The notes: generated by a model from the letters alone, not told the origin. A DNA stretch of 64,000 nt from Betaproteobacteria bacterium (GCA_025356085.1 JANXUV010000015.1:449-64448), one strand, 5' to 3'. Positions 38,559-54,076 are shown, numbered from the stretch's first letter. A program made the numbers and translations.

Positions 38559-40936
38559 AATGTCGGCCGGTCGTTCGGCGATAGCGTTGGCGCTGACATT
38601 GGTTTCGGAACGGTTGCCGGCGCTTCTTCCCTGGCCGGCGCAAATTCACGATAGAAGAATTCCGATCCCCCTCCCTTAGTATCGGGTGAGGCCGGATCGG
38701 CATCTGACCGCACCGTCACCACGCCTTCCGGCACGCTGCGCGGCATCTCGGGAACCCCTTTCAACGCCTTTGCCATGTACTCGATCCACATAGGCAGCGC
38801 GATCCGGCCGCCGGTCTGGTTCTTGCCAAGCGTTTTGGGCTGGTCGAATCCAACCCAGGCGATGCCGACCAGTTCGGGCTGGTAGCCGCAGAACCAGCCG
38901 TCCACGAAATCGTTGGTGGTGCCGGTCTTGCCGGCCAGGTCATGTCGGCCGAGCTTGGCGGCGCTCGCGCCGGTGCCGTAGCGCATGACGCCCTGCATCA
39001 TCGAATCCATGATGAATGCGTTGCGCGCGTCAATCACGCGCAGCGATTCATCGCCCGCTTGCGGCGGGTGCGCGACGCCGAGCTGATTGCCGCGATCATC
39101 GACGATCTTCTGGATGAAGTGCGGCTGGATCAGATAGCCGCCGTTTGCGAAGACCGAATAGCCGCGCGCCATCTGCAGCGGCGTCACCGAGCCCGCGCCC
39201 AGCGCCATCGTGAGATAGGGCGGATGCTTGTCGGCGTCGAAGCCGAAGCGGGTGACGTAATCCTGCGCGTATTTCGGGTCTATGCTCTGCAGGATCCGGA
39301 TCGACACCATGTTTTTGGATTTCGCCAGCGCGGTGCGCAAGCGCATCGGGCCCTCGAATTTGCCGTCGTAGTTCTTCGGTTCCCAGCGCTGGCTGCCGGT
39401 GACTTCCGCTTCGATCACGATCGGCTCGTCTGCGATCACGGTCGCTGGCGTGAAGCCTTTTTCCAGCGCCGCCGAATAGATGAACGGCTTGAATGACGAG
39501 CCCGGCTGACGCCAAGCCTGCGTGATGTGGTTGAACTTGTTGCGGTGGAAATCGAAACCACCGACCAGCGCACGGATCGCGCCGTTGCCCGGATCGAGCG
39601 AAACGAAAGCGGCTTCCGCCTCGGGCAGTTGCGCAAACTGCCAGTTCTTCTTCTCGTCTTTATGCAGGCGGACGATGGCGCCGCGGCGAATACGCCGCTG
39701 CTGCGCCGCCTTGTCTTCCAGTGCGCGTGCCGCGAAGCGCAATGCGTCGCCCGAAAGCGTGAGAGTTTCGCCGCTTCTGAGAACGAGCTTCACTTCCCGC
39801 GAACTCGCCGCCAGTACCAGCGCTACCTTCAAGTCGTCGACGTCACCGTAGTCTGCGAGCGCTTCGTCGAAGTCGTCCTCGGACGCATTCGCTGCCAGTT
39901 CCACAAAAGCCTCCGGCCCCCGGTAGCCCTGGCTTCGGTCGTAGGCGAGAAGACCGCGGCGGACAGCCTCGTAAGCAGCTTCTTGGTCCGCCTTCCGGAT
40001 GGTGGTGTAGACGCGAAAGCCCTTTGTGTAGGCCTCTTCAGGGTACTGTTCATACACCGCCTGGCGCACCATTTCGGCGAGAAATTCACCATGAATTCCT
40101 GCAAAATCATCAATTTCCCGGCGAACATGCAATGGGGCCTTCATAGCGTCCGCGAACTGCTGCTCGGTGATATGCCCCAGTTCTTTCATGCGCCGCAGCA
40201 CGTATTGCTGCCGCTGTCGCGCCCGTTGCGGATTTGCAACAGGGTTGTACGAAGAAGGGGCTTTGGGCAGGCCTGCCAGAATCGCGGCCTCAGGCAGACT
40301 CAATTTGTCGAGCGATTTGCCAAAGTAGATCTGCGAGGCTGAGGCGAAACCATAGGCGCGTTGGCCCAGGTAGATCTGGTTGATGTACAGCTCGAGGATC
40401 TGGTCCTTTCCGAGGTTGTTCTCGATCTTGAAGGCGAGCAGTGCTTCGTAAAGTTTGCGCGTGAGCGTCTTCTCGGACGAAAGGAAAAAATTACGCGCGA
40501 CCTGCATGGTGATGGTGCTCGCACCCTGCCGTTTTCCCCCCTGGGTGAGGTTGGCGTAAGCGGCGCGCAGCACGCCCAGATAGTCGATGCCGGTGTGCTG
40601 GTAGAAGCGCTCGTCCTCGGCCGCAAGAATCGCCTGCTTGAGTACTTCCGGGACCTCGCGCATCGACACCAGCAAGCGCCGTTCCTCGCCGAATTCGCCG
40701 ATCAGCGCCCCCTCCGCGGTATAGATCCGCAAAGGGATTTTGGGCTGGTAATCGGTCAGCGATTCCAGCGAGGGCAGGTTAGGGTACGCGAGCGCAACGA
40801 CCAGCCCTACCATACAGGCGCCAGCCACCACTAGTCCCGCCAGCAGGACCAGCGGAAATGCCAAAAAACGTAGCCACTTCAAGGTAGTTACGCCAACTCT
40901 AGGGAGAGGTTGCAAGCGGGCCGGGACACGGCGCAT
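38555..40936 (-). CDS. mrcA: Penicillin-binding protein 1A (bifunctional transglycosylase/transpeptidase)
   Basis: ATG 40936 sits behind a strong GGGGGAGG SD; the ORF's GTG 40966 is rejected. Transglycosylase motif EDERFYQHTGID; transpeptidase motifs SSFKP and KTGTTND. Confidence 0.93.
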   Translation of the reverse strand: MRRVPARLQPLPRVGVTTLKWLRFLAFPLVLLAGLVVAGACMVGLVVALAYPNLPSLESLTDYQPKIPLRIYTAEGALIGEFGEERRLLVSMREVPEVLKQAILAAEDERFYQHTGIDYLGVLRAAYANLTQGGKRQGASTITMQVARNFFLSSEKTLTRKLYEALLAFKIENNLGKDQILELYINQIYLGQRAYGFASASQIYFGKSLDKLSLPEAAILAGLPKAPSSYNPVANPQRARQRQQYVLRRMKELGHITEQQFADAMKAPLHVRREIDDFAGIHGEFLAEMVRQAVYEQYPEEAYTKGFRVYTTIRKADQEAAYEAVRRGLLAYDRSQGYRGPEAFVELAANASEDDFDEALADYGDVDDLKVALVLAASSREVKLVLRSGETLTLSGDALRFAARALEDKAAQQRRIRRGAIVRLHKDEKKNWQFAQLPEAEAAFVSLDPGNGAIRALVGGFDFHRNKFNHITQAWRQPGSSFKPFIYSAALEKGFTPATVIADEPIVIEAEVTGSQRWEPKNYDGKFEGPMRLRTALAKSKNMVSIRILQSIDPKYAQDYVTRFGFDADKHPPYLTMALGAGSVTPLQMARGYSVFANGGYLIQPHFIQKIVDDRGNQLGVAHPPQAGDESLRVIDARNAFIMDSMMQGVMRYGTGASAAKLGRHDLAGKTGTTNDFVDGWFCGYQPELVGIAWVGFDQPKTLGKNQTGGRIALPMWIEYMAKALKGVPEMPRSVPEGVVTVRSDADPASPDTKGGGSEFFYREFAPAREEAPATVPKPMSAPTLSPNDRPTF

Positions 40937-41060
40937 TATAAGCCTCCCCCTGTGTGGAAGATTCACTAGACACTTGGGGGAGTTGTTGTTAGGATCTAAC
41001 GCAAATTCTACGTATCGCGCCTAACAGGCGATGCGCAAAGGGAAAAAGGGTTAACCAGGT

Positions 41061-42137
41061 ATGAATTTCGACTTCTTCAAGCCGAAGGCGCCGCCCTTGT
41101 TCGGGCTGGATATCAGCTCCTCGTCGGTCAAGATGCTGGAGATCGTGGAAGCCGGCAAAGGCGCCTACCGGGTCGAGCGCTACGTCATCGAGGCGCTGCC
41201 CAAGGATGCCGTGGTGGACGGCAATATCAACATCCTAGAGGCCGTGGCCGACGCGGTCGGGCGTGGCTACAAGCGGCTCGCCACCCGCACCAAACATGTT
41301 GCCATGGCGGTGCCTTCAGGTGCTGTGATCACCAAGAAAATCATCGTCGCCGCGGGATTGCGTGATGAGGAACTGGAAACCCAGGTCGAGAGCGAGGCCA
41401 ACCAATACATTCCGTTCGCACTGGAAGAGGTCAACCTCGACTTCCAGGTGGTCGGGCCCTCGCCCACCAACCCGGAAGAGCAGGAAGTCCTGATCGCCGC
41501 GACACGCAAGGAAAAGGTTTCCGACCGGTACGCGGTGGCGGAAAACGCGGGCCTCAAACCACTGGTGATGGACGTTGAATCGTTCGCGCAAATGTCCGCG
41601 CTGCAACTGGTGATCAAGCAGCTTCCCGGTGGCGGCCACGAGCAGAACGTCGCGATCGTGGATGTCGGCGCCAACGTGATGCAGGTCAGCGTGGTGCGCA
41701 ATGAGCAATCGGTCTACAACCGGGAACAGGCGTTCGGCGGCAATCAACTTACCGCCGACATCGTATCGCGCTACGGCATGAGTCCCGAAGAGGCGGAGAA
41801 TGCCAAGCGCTCGGGCGGCTTGCCGGACGATTTCGAAGCCGAAGTGTTGCGACCGTTCATGGAAAACCTGTCGCAGGAAGTGCAGCGCGCGCTGCAGTTC
41901 TTCTTCACCTCCACCTCCTACAACACCGTTGACCACATTCTGCTCGCCGGCGGCTCCGCGGTGATCCCGGGTCTGGACGAAGTCGTGCACACGCGCACCC
42001 AGGTGCCAACGGTGGTCGCCAATCCTTTCGGCGCGATGCAGACCTCGTCGCGGATCCAGCTCAAGCGTCTGATGCAGGACGCGCCCTCGCTGATCGTGGC
42101 CTGCGGCCTGGCGATGCGGAGGTTCGACCCGGTATGA
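41061..42137 (+). CDS. pilM: Type IV pilus assembly protein PilM
   Basis: 358 aa, actin-like ATPase fold, starting FGLDISSSSVKMLEI... First gene of the pilMNOPQ cluster, divergent from mrcA. Confidence 0.93.
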   Translation: MNFDFFKPKAPPLFGLDISSSSVKMLEIVEAGKGAYRVERYVIEALPKDAVVDGNINILEAVADAVGRGYKRLATRTKHVAMAVPSGAVITKKIIVAAGLRDEELETQVESEANQYIPFALEEVNLDFQVVGPSPTNPEEQEVLIAATRKEKVSDRYAVAENAGLKPLVMDVESFAQMSALQLVIKQLPGGGHEQNVAIVDVGANVMQVSVVRNEQSVYNREQAFGGNQLTADIVSRYGMSPEEAENAKRSGGLPDDFEAEVLRPFMENLSQEVQRALQFFFTSTSYNTVDHILLAGGSAVIPGLDEVVHTRTQVPTVVANPFGAMQTSSRIQLKRLMQDAPSLIVACGLAMRRFDPV

Positions 42138-42739
42138 GCGGCAAAATCAACCTGCTGCCGCACCGCGAGGAGCGGCGCAAACGTGCGCGTACCCATTTCG
42201 CGGTTCTCGGCGCGATGACGGCGGCAATCGGTATTGTGATTGTCGGCGCCGGGTGGATCTTCTATCAGGGGCGCATCGGCATTCAGGATGACCGAAACAA
42301 GTACCTGAAGGTCGAGATCGCCAAGCTCGACAAGGAGATCGACGAGATCAAAGACGTCAAGGATAAGATCGCGGCATTGCTCGCGCGCAAGCAGGTCATC
42401 GAAACCCTGCAGACCGACCGTGTGCAGACCGTATACCTGCTCGACGAGCTGGTGCGGCAAATGCCCGAGGGCGTGTTTCTCAAGTCCGTCAAGCAGAAGG
42501 GTGCGGGCATCGATCTGGTCGGCTACGCACAGTCGAACGCGCGCGTCTCGACACTGATGCGCAACATCGAATCCTCGCCCTGGCTCGCCAACCCGAACCT
42601 GGTCGAGATCAAGGCAACCAATCTGGGCAAGATGCGGATTTCCGAGTTCAACCTGAAGCTCCAGCTCAAGCGTCCGGCGGCTGCCGATGCGAAAGACGGT
42701 GCCAAGGACGCGGCCAAAACGGCTGCGAAAAAGGGCTAG
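42134..42739 (+). CDS. pilN: Type IV pilus assembly protein PilN
   Basis: INLLPHREERRK N-terminus, single TM helix, ATGA overlap with pilM. Confidence 0.9.
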   Translation: MSGKINLLPHREERRKRARTHFAVLGAMTAAIGIVIVGAGWIFYQGRIGIQDDRNKYLKVEIAKLDKEIDEIKDVKDKIAALLARKQVIETLQTDRVQTVYLLDELVRQMPEGVFLKSVKQKGAGIDLVGYAQSNARVSTLMRNIESSPWLANPNLVEIKATNLGKMRISEFNLKLQLKRPAAADAKDGAKDAAKTAAKKG

Positions 42740-42742
42740 CCC

Positions 42743-43438
42743 ATGGCGATCAATTTCAACCGGATTGCAGACGATTTCAAGCGCACCAACTGGAAGGATC
42801 CGGGCACCTGGTCGTTCGCGCCAAAGCTGCTGGTGCTGGTGATGATCCTGGTGGCGATTCCTGTGGCCGGCTATTTCGGCATTTGGCAGGGCCAGATCGA
42901 GGAGTTGGAAAAGGGGATCGCGCAGGAAGATACGCTGAAGAAGGACTATCTGGCGAAGAAGACGCAGGCCATCAATCTCGACCTGCACAAGCAGCAGCTC
43001 CGGGAGATCGATACGCAATTCGGTGCGCTGCTCAAGCAGTTGCCGAACAAGGCGCAGATGGACGCGCTGCTGGTCGACATCAACCAGGCGGGCCTGTCGC
43101 GCGGACTGCAGTTCGAGTTGTTCAGGCCGGCGGCCTCCGAATCGGCGAAGGAGTTCTATTCCGAGCTGCCGATCACGCTCAAATTGATCGGGAGCTACCA
43201 CGACATGGGCGGTTTCGCCGCCGATGTCGGTCAGTTGCCGCGCATCGTCACGCTGAACGATGTTGAGATCGCGGCAGGCAAGGATGGCAATTTGACGATG
43301 GACGTCACGGCTCGCACGTTCCGCTATCTGGACGACGAAGAGGTCACGGCACAGCGCAAGGCCGCCGCGTCCAAGAAAGGGCCGGCGCCGGCCGCGCCGG
43401 CGAAGGCAGCGGGTGGACATGGAGCGCCGGGGGGATAA
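42743..43438 (+). CDS. pilO: Type IV pilus assembly protein PilO
   Basis: Position in the cluster, TM helix plus coiled coil, and the segment RIVTLNDVEI. Ala/Pro-rich C-terminal tail. Confidence 0.88.
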   Translation: MAINFNRIADDFKRTNWKDPGTWSFAPKLLVLVMILVAIPVAGYFGIWQGQIEELEKGIAQEDTLKKDYLAKKTQAINLDLHKQQLREIDTQFGALLKQLPNKAQMDALLVDINQAGLSRGLQFELFRPAASESAKEFYSELPITLKLIGSYHDMGGFAADVGQLPRIVTLNDVEIAAGKDGNLTMDVTARTFRYLDDEEVTAQRKAAASKKGPAPAAPAKAAGGHGAPGG

Positions 43439-44002
43439 ATGAAACTGGCGACCGCATACGGGATGGCTGCCGGCGCGAGGACTGCATTCGCGGTGGCAGG
43501 AATCGCGCTGCTCGCCGCCTGCGGCGGCGAGGAGCAGGGCGAGTTGCGGCAGGAACTCATTGCAATGACCAAAGACCTGCGCGGCCGGGTTGATCCGCTG
43601 CCGCAGGTGCGTTCCTACGAGCCGGTGCCCTACAAGGGCGAGAGCATGCTCGATCCGTTCGTGCCCGGCAGGATTGTGGTGGCGCAGACCGCGGGCAGTT
43701 CCGGTACTGGCGGCGGCGGCATGCAGCCCGATATGAACCGTCCGAAAGAGCCGCTGGAGGCATTCCCGCTGGATGCGATCCAGATGGTCGGCACGCTTTC
43801 CCAGAACAAAGACAACTACGCGCTGGTGCGCGCAGGCACCAACCTGTTTCGCGTGAAGAAGGGCAATTACATGGGCCAGAACTTCGGCGTTATTACCGCC
43901 GTCGAAGATTCGCAGATCAGTCTGAAGGAAGTGGTCCAGGACAGCGGCGGCGATTGGGTCGAGCGCAGCACCACGTTGCAAATGTCGGAGGGCAAAAAAT
44001 GA
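43439..44002 (+). CDS. pilP: Type IV pilus assembly lipoprotein PilP
   Basis: Lipobox LLAACGG, the segment DPF...PLE..PLD...VGTL, TAAATG junction with pilO. Confidence 0.88.
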   Translation: MKLATAYGMAAGARTAFAVAGIALLAACGGEEQGELRQELIAMTKDLRGRVDPLPQVRSYEPVPYKGESMLDPFVPGRIVVAQTAGSSGTGGGGMQPDMNRPKEPLEAFPLDAIQMVGTLSQNKDNYALVRAGTNLFRVKKGNYMGQNFGVITAVEDSQISLKEVVQDSGGDWVERSTTLQMSEGKK

Positions 44003-46134
44003 TGACCACGTTAAAAAAAATCAAGCATCTGGGCGCCATGCTCGCGGTCTGGCTGTTCGGGACCGGACTCGCCTTCGCTCAGGCGAATAGCATCGAGGCT
44101 TTCGACGTTGGCCAACAGGGCGGCAACATCGTGATCCGCATCACAACCAAGGACCCGGTCAAGAGCGTCCCACCCAGCTTCACGGTAGCTAATCCCGCGC
44201 GCATTGTGTTTGATTTCGCAGACACCACCAACGCGCTCGGGCGCAACTCGCAGGACGTCAGTCAGGGCGAATTGCGCAGCATGAACGTAGTCCAGGGCGC
44301 CGACCGCACGCGCTTGGTGCTCAACCTGCGCCGGTCCGTGGCGCACGAGGTTTCTCTCGACGGCAAGAACATCGTTGTCACCCTGAGCGCGGCCGCTGCC
44401 GCGCCGACGGGGCCGGCAGCGGCGCAGGCGGCGCATTTCGCCGAAGGCAAGGCCGACGGCAGGCATGCGATTCGCGAAGTCGATTTCCGCCGCGGCAACG
44501 CCGGCGAAGGCCGCATCATGGTGGACCTGGCCGATTCCTCCACCGGCATCGACATCCGGCAGCAGGGCCAGAACATCGTGATCGAATTCATCAAGACTGC
44601 TCTGCCCGAGAACCTGCGGCGCCGGCTGGACGTCGTCGATTTCGCCACGCCGGTGCAGACCGTGAGCACTTTCCAGCAGGGCGAAAACGTACGCATGGTG
44701 ATCGAGGCCAAGGGGCAGTGGGAACACAATGCCTACCAATCCGACACTCAGTTCGTGGTCGAAGTAAAAGCTGCGGCGCAGGACCCGTCCAAGCTGTCGC
44801 AGCGCGGCCGCTACACGGGCGAGAAGCTGTCGCTCAATTTCCAGAGCGTCGAAGTGCGCGCGGTGCTGAACGTGATCGCCGATTTCACCGACCTGAACAT
44901 CATCACCAGCGACACGGTGGCCGGCAGCATCACGTTGCGCCTGAAGGACGTGCCCTGGGACCAGGCGCTCGACATCATCCTGCAGACGCGCGGCCTCGAC
45001 ATGCGCAAATCCGGCAACGTGATCTGGATCGCGCCGCGCGACGAACTCGCGACACGCGAGAAGCTCGCGCTCGAGTCGCAATCACAGATCAATGAACTGG
45101 AGCAAACGCGCACCGAGGCGTTCCAGATGAACTACCAGAAAGCGGCGGATGTGCAGAAGCTGCTTTCCGATCCCGCTCAGCGCATGCTCTCCAAGCGAGG
45201 CAGCGCCGTCGTGGACGCGCGCACGAATACGCTGTTCGTGCAGGATGTGCCCTCGCGCCTCGAGGAAGTGCGCAAGCTGATCGCGCGCATCGACGTGGCG
45301 GTGCGCCAGGTGATGATCGAGGCGCGCATCGTCGAGGCCTCCGAACTCTTCAACCGCAACATTGGCGCGCGGCTGGGCTACAACGAGGTCGGTCTGACTC
45401 AGGGTCACCGGGTGCCGATTCCGAGCGGCAACACCGGCCCGGGCAGCCTGCGTTTTGGCGCCGGCAGTGCGCTGGGCAACGTGGACACGGGCTCCGTCGG
45501 TGGCGTGCAGGGATTGACCACTACTGCGGTGGATGGCCTGAGCGTCAATTTGCCTGCGGCGGGCTTGAACTCGTTCAACGCCGGCACCTTTGCCTTCACG
45601 CTGTTCAACAGGGCGTTGACGCAGTTCCTGAATCTTGAGATCTCGGCGCTGGAAGCGGACGGCAAGGGCAAGACCATATCCAGTCCGCGCGTGCTGACCG
45701 CAGATCAGGTCGAAGCGGTGATCGAGCAGGGTACGGAAATCCCGTACCAGCAGGCAACCTCCTCTGGCGCGACCAGCGTGTCCTTCCGCAAGGCGAACCT
45801 GTCGCTCAAGGTGAAGCCGCAGATCACGCCGGATGGAAACATCATCATGACCCTGGACGTAAACAAGGATGAACCGGGCGCCACCACGCCCGCCGGTATT
45901 TCTATCAGCACCAAGCACGTCAAGACGGAAGTGCTGGTGGAAAACGGCGGCACCGTGGTGATCGGCGGCATCTACGACCAGCGAGATCGGACCGACAACA
46001 CGCGTGTGCCTTTCTTCGGCGATCTGCCTTACATCGGCATCCTGTTCCGCAACCAGGTGAACTCTTCTAGCAAGACCGAGTTGCTGGTGTTCATCACGCC
46101 CCGGATCGTGACAGAGCGCATGACCGTTCGCTGA
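43999..46134 (+). CDS. pilQ: Type IV pilus secretin PilQ
   Basis: ORF trimmed to ATG 43999 (ATGA overlap; GGAGGG SD). Two AMIN-like N-terminal repeats and a C-terminal secretin domain (VPFFGDLPYIGILFR...ELLVFITPRIV). Confidence 0.94.
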   Translation: MMTTLKKIKHLGAMLAVWLFGTGLAFAQANSIEAFDVGQQGGNIVIRITTKDPVKSVPPSFTVANPARIVFDFADTTNALGRNSQDVSQGELRSMNVVQGADRTRLVLNLRRSVAHEVSLDGKNIVVTLSAAAAAPTGPAAAQAAHFAEGKADGRHAIREVDFRRGNAGEGRIMVDLADSSTGIDIRQQGQNIVIEFIKTALPENLRRRLDVVDFATPVQTVSTFQQGENVRMVIEAKGQWEHNAYQSDTQFVVEVKAAAQDPSKLSQRGRYTGEKLSLNFQSVEVRAVLNVIADFTDLNIITSDTVAGSITLRLKDVPWDQALDIILQTRGLDMRKSGNVIWIAPRDELATREKLALESQSQINELEQTRTEAFQMNYQKAADVQKLLSDPAQRMLSKRGSAVVDARTNTLFVQDVPSRLEEVRKLIARIDVAVRQVMIEARIVEASELFNRNIGARLGYNEVGLTQGHRVPIPSGNTGPGSLRFGAGSALGNVDTGSVGGVQGLTTTAVDGLSVNLPAAGLNSFNAGTFAFTLFNRALTQFLNLEISALEADGKGKTISSPRVLTADQVEAVIEQGTEIPYQQATSSGATSVSFRKANLSLKVKPQITPDGNIIMTLDVNKDEPGATTPAGISISTKHVKTEVLVENGGTVVIGGIYDQRDRTDNTRVPFFGDLPYIGILFRNQVNSSSKTELLVFITPRIVTERMTVR

Positions 46135-46156
46135 GCGGCACTTCAAGAGCGATCGA

Positions 46157-46186
46157 ACGGCCGGGCTCTCCCGGCCGTTTTGTTTT
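46157..46186 (+). terminator. Rho-independent terminator after pilQ
   Basis: ACGGCCGGG-CTCT-CCCGGCCGT followed by TTTGTTTT. Confidence 0.85.
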
Positions 46187-46223
46187 CAGAGTGCACATTT
46201 TTTCATCTGCGTAGAATGACGTC

Positions 46224-46760
46224 GTGAAAGCCGAGCGCAACAACCTCGTCCTAGTTGGCATGATGGGTGCCGGCAAGACTACTGTCGGCCGCCTGCTTGC
46301 CAGGCGCCTGAAGCGGTCGTTCTACGATTCGGACGAGGAAATCGAGCGCCGCTGCGGTGTGCGCATCCCGGTGATCTTCGATATCGAGGGCGAGGCCGGC
46401 TTCCGGGCGCGCGAAACGCAGGCCATCGCTGAACTTTGCGCGCTCGACGGCGTAGTGCTCGCTACCGGCGGCGGCGCCGTGCTGGCCGAAGAGAATCGCC
46501 GCCAGCTGGCAGCGAACGGTACAGTGGTCTATCTGCATGCTCGCCCGGGGCATTTGTGGCAGCGCGTGCGGCACGATCGGAACCGTCCTCTGCTCGCGAC
46601 GCCGGACCCGCAGAAGAAGTTGGAAGACCTGTATGCCGAACGTGATCCGCTATACCGCGAGGTCGCCGACATCGTAATGGACACCGGCAGGCAGAGCGTG
46701 CAGACCCTTGCCAGGGATCTGCTTGCGCGCCTGAACCCGCTTTGCAAACTATCAGCGTAA
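46224..46760 (+). CDS. aroK: Shikimate kinase
   Basis: GTG start and P-loop [19 protein letters not shown] lies 6 nt upstream as a possible -10. Confidence 0.93.
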   Translation: MKAERNNLVLVGMMGAGKTTVGRLLARRLKRSFYDSDEEIERRCGVRIPVIFDIEGEAGFRARETQAIAELCALDGVVLATGGGAVLAEENRRQLAANGTVVYLHARPGHLWQRVRHDRNRPLLATPDPQKKLEDLYAERDPLYREVADIVMDTGRQSVQTLARDLLARLNPLCKLSA

Positions 46761-47821
46761 GCCTGGGCGCGCGGTCGTATCCGATCCACATCGGCGCCGG
46801 CCTGCTGGGCGATGCGCGCCTCTACGCGCCATTCGCAAAGGGAAAGCGAGTTGCGGTGGTGACCAATCCGGTAGTTGCGCCGCTGCATTTAGAAAACCTC
46901 CAGCGAGCGCTTGAGGAAGCTGGCGCGCAGTCGGTGCCGGTGCTGATCGAAGATGGCGAGCAGGCAAAGAGCTGGGCCTCGCTCGATCGCGTGATCGAGG
47001 CGCTGCTGGCCGCCCGGCTGGGCCGCGACGCGCTTTTGGTCGCGCTCGGCGGCGGCGTGGTTGGCGATCTCGCGGGATTCGCGGCCGCCGTCTATCAGCG
47101 CGGCATCCCGTTCATACAGGTGCCGACGACACTGCTTGCGCAGGTCGATTCCTCGGTTGGCGGCAAGACCGCGATCAACCACCCGCGCGGCAAGAACATG
47201 GTGGGCGCGTTCCACCAGCCGCTCGCAGTAATCGCCGACGTCGCTACGCTGGATACGCTGCCTGACCGCGAATTGCGCGCTGGCATCGCCGAAGTCATCA
47301 AGCACGGCTTCATCCTCGACCTGCCATTCGTCGCCTGGCTGGAAGCGAATATCGAAAAATTGCTGGCGCGCGACCGCGCGGCGCTCGAATATGCAGTGCA
47401 GCGCTCCTGCGAACTGAAAGCGCAGGTGGTTGCCGCCGATGAACGCGAGGGAGGCCGGCGCGCGATCCTGAATTTTGGCCACACCTTCGGCCACGCGATC
47501 GAGGCCGGCGCCGGCTACGGCGAGTGGCTGCACGGCGAGGCAGTCGGCACCGGCATGTTGATGGCGGCGGAGTTGTCCGCGCGCGCGGGAACCCTGCGCC
47601 GCGACGATGCGGAGCGCGTGAAGGCGCTGATCGCGCGCGCGGGCCTGCCCCTGCGGGGGCCCAAGCTTGCGATCGAGCGCTACCTTGAGTTGATGCAGGT
47701 GGACAAGAAGACGGAGGCGGGGAAAGTTCGTTTCATCCTGCTGGACGGCCTCGGCCGCGCGACGCTGCGGGGCGATCTGGACGAGCGTCTGGTCCGGGAA
47801 AGCATCGCCGCAGTGCAGTAA
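46742..47821 (+). CDS. aroB: 3-dehydroquinate synthase
   Basis: TTG start overlapping the aroK 3' end. The N-terminus [17 protein letters not shown] is typical of AroB, and [14 protein letters not shown] is present. Confidence 0.93.
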   Translation: MQTISVSLGARSYPIHIGAGLLGDARLYAPFAKGKRVAVVTNPVVAPLHLENLQRALEEAGAQSVPVLIEDGEQAKSWASLDRVIEALLAARLGRDALLVALGGGVVGDLAGFAAAVYQRGIPFIQVPTTLLAQVDSSVGGKTAINHPRGKNMVGAFHQPLAVIADVATLDTLPDRELRAGIAEVIKHGFILDLPFVAWLEANIEKLLARDRAALEYAVQRSCELKAQVVAADEREGGRRAILNFGHTFGHAIEAGAGYGEWLHGEAVGTGMLMAAELSARAGTLRRDDAERVKALIARAGLPLRGPKLAIERYLELMQVDKKTEAGKVRFILLDGLGRATLRGDLDERLVRESIAAVQ

Positions 47822-47850
47822 GGGTCACTGTACCGCCGAAGTCTTGTAAG

Positions 47851-47874
47851 CCCGTGGTTCCACGGGTATATTTC
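47851..47874 (+). terminator. Weak candidate terminator after aroB
   Basis: CCCGTG-GTTC-CACGGG followed by TATATTT (interrupted U-tract). Confidence 0.35.
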
Positions 47875-47945
47875 GAACTTCGCCCTCAATTTTTGTGCGG
47901 CGCGGCGAAATTCGCCGAATTTCTTTTTTGATCAGGTGCTTAGGC

Positions 47946-52607
<4,662 letters not shown>

Positions 52608-52612
52608 CCGGC

Positions 52613-54076
52613 ATGGGCAAAATCACCGGGTTTCTGGAATATGAACGTCTTGAAGAGCCGCACGAAGACAAAAATTCGCGCAAGAAGCATTACCGCGAGT
52701 TCTACCTGCGGCTCCCGGACGCGGATGCCAAGGTCCAGGGCGCCCGCTGCATGGATTGCGGCATCCCGTTCTGCATGCAGGGTTGCCCGGTCAATAACGT
52801 CATACCCGACTTCAACGACCTGATCTACCGCGAGGATTGGCAGCGGGCGCTCGACACGCTGCACTCCACCAATAACTTCCCGGAATTTACCGGGCGCATC
52901 TGCCCGGCGCCCTGCGAGGAAGCCTGCGTGTTGCGCATCAACGAAGATCCGGTCGGCATAAAGTCGATCGAGCACGCGATCATCGACAAGGCCTGGGAAT
53001 CGGGTTGGGTGAAACCGCAGCCCGCGGCGTACAAAACCGGCAAGAAGGTCGCGGTAGTGGGCTCGGGTCCCGCCGGTCTGGCTTGCGCACAGCAGTTGGC
53101 GCGCGCGGGCCACGCAGTCACCGTGATAGAAAAGAACGATCGCATCGGCGGGCTGCTGCGCTATGGCATTCCCGATTTCAAGCTTGAAAAACGGATCATC
53201 GACCGGCGGATGGAGCAGATGCGCGCGGAAGGCATCGAGTTCCGCGGCGGTGTCTGCGTCGGCAAGGCGCGTACGGGCAAGGGCGTGCCCAACGACGCGA
53301 AGAGCTACCTCGCCCCGGAAGCGCTGCTGACCGAATTTGATGCCGTGGTCCTATCCGGCGGGGCTGAAGTGCCGCGCGACCTGCCGATCGCGGGACGCGA
53401 ACTCGCGGGCGTGTACTACGCGATGGAATTCCTGCCGCTGCAAAACAAGCGTGTTGCGGGCGACGGCGGCGTGCCCGACCTCTGGGCAAGCGGCAAGCAC
53501 GTGATCGTGATTGGCGGCGGTGACACGGGATCCGACTGCGTCGGCACCTCCAACCGCCACGGCGCCGCATCGGTGACCCAGTTCGAGCTGTTGCCGATGC
53601 CGCCCGACGTGGAGCGCAATCCGGTCTGGCCGTATTGGCCGACGCGGCTGCGCACTTCCTCATCGCACGAGGAGGGCGTGGAGCGCGACTGGTCGATTGC
53701 CACCAAGGCGCTTGTCGGCGCGAACGGCAAGGTGACGACGCTGAAGGCCGTGCGCCTGGCGTGGAAAGACGGCAAGCCGAACGAGATTCCAGGTTCTGAA
53801 TTCGACCTGCCGGCCGACCTGGTGCTGCTGGCGATGGGCTTCGTTTCGCCGGTGCAGTCGCTGCTGGAGGAATTCGGCGTTCAGAAAGACGCTCGCGGAA
53901 ACGCGCGCGCGGACACCGAGGGTGCCCAGGCCTACGCCACCTCGGTCAAGAAAGTGTTCGCAGCGGGCGATATGCGCCGCGGCCAATCGCTGGTGGTCTG
54001 GGCGATCCGCGAAGGCCGGCAATGCGCCCGCGCGGTGGACGAATTCCTGATGGGGGTTTCGGAACTGCCGCGCTAA
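52613..54076 (+). CDS. gltD: Glutamate synthase small subunit (NADPH)
   Basis: 487 aa. Fe-S cysteines CMDCGIPFC and CPAPCE; dinucleotide fold [12 protein letters not shown]. Confidence 0.95.
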   Translation: MGKITGFLEYERLEEPHEDKNSRKKHYREFYLRLPDADAKVQGARCMDCGIPFCMQGCPVNNVIPDFNDLIYREDWQRALDTLHSTNNFPEFTGRICPAPCEEACVLRINEDPVGIKSIEHAIIDKAWESGWVKPQPAAYKTGKKVAVVGSGPAGLACAQQLARAGHAVTVIEKNDRIGGLLRYGIPDFKLEKRIIDRRMEQMRAEGIEFRGGVCVGKARTGKGVPNDAKSYLAPEALLTEFDAVVLSGGAEVPRDLPIAGRELAGVYYAMEFLPLQNKRVAGDGGVPDLWASGKHVIVIGGGDTGSDCVGTSNRHGAASVTQFELLPMPPDVERNPVWPYWPTRLRTSSSHEEGVERDWSIATKALVGANGKVTTLKAVRLAWKDGKPNEIPGSEFDLPADLVLLAMGFVSPVQSLLEEFGVQKDARGNARADTEGAQAYATSVKKVFAAGDMRRGQSLVVWAIREGRQCARAVDEFLMGVSELPR

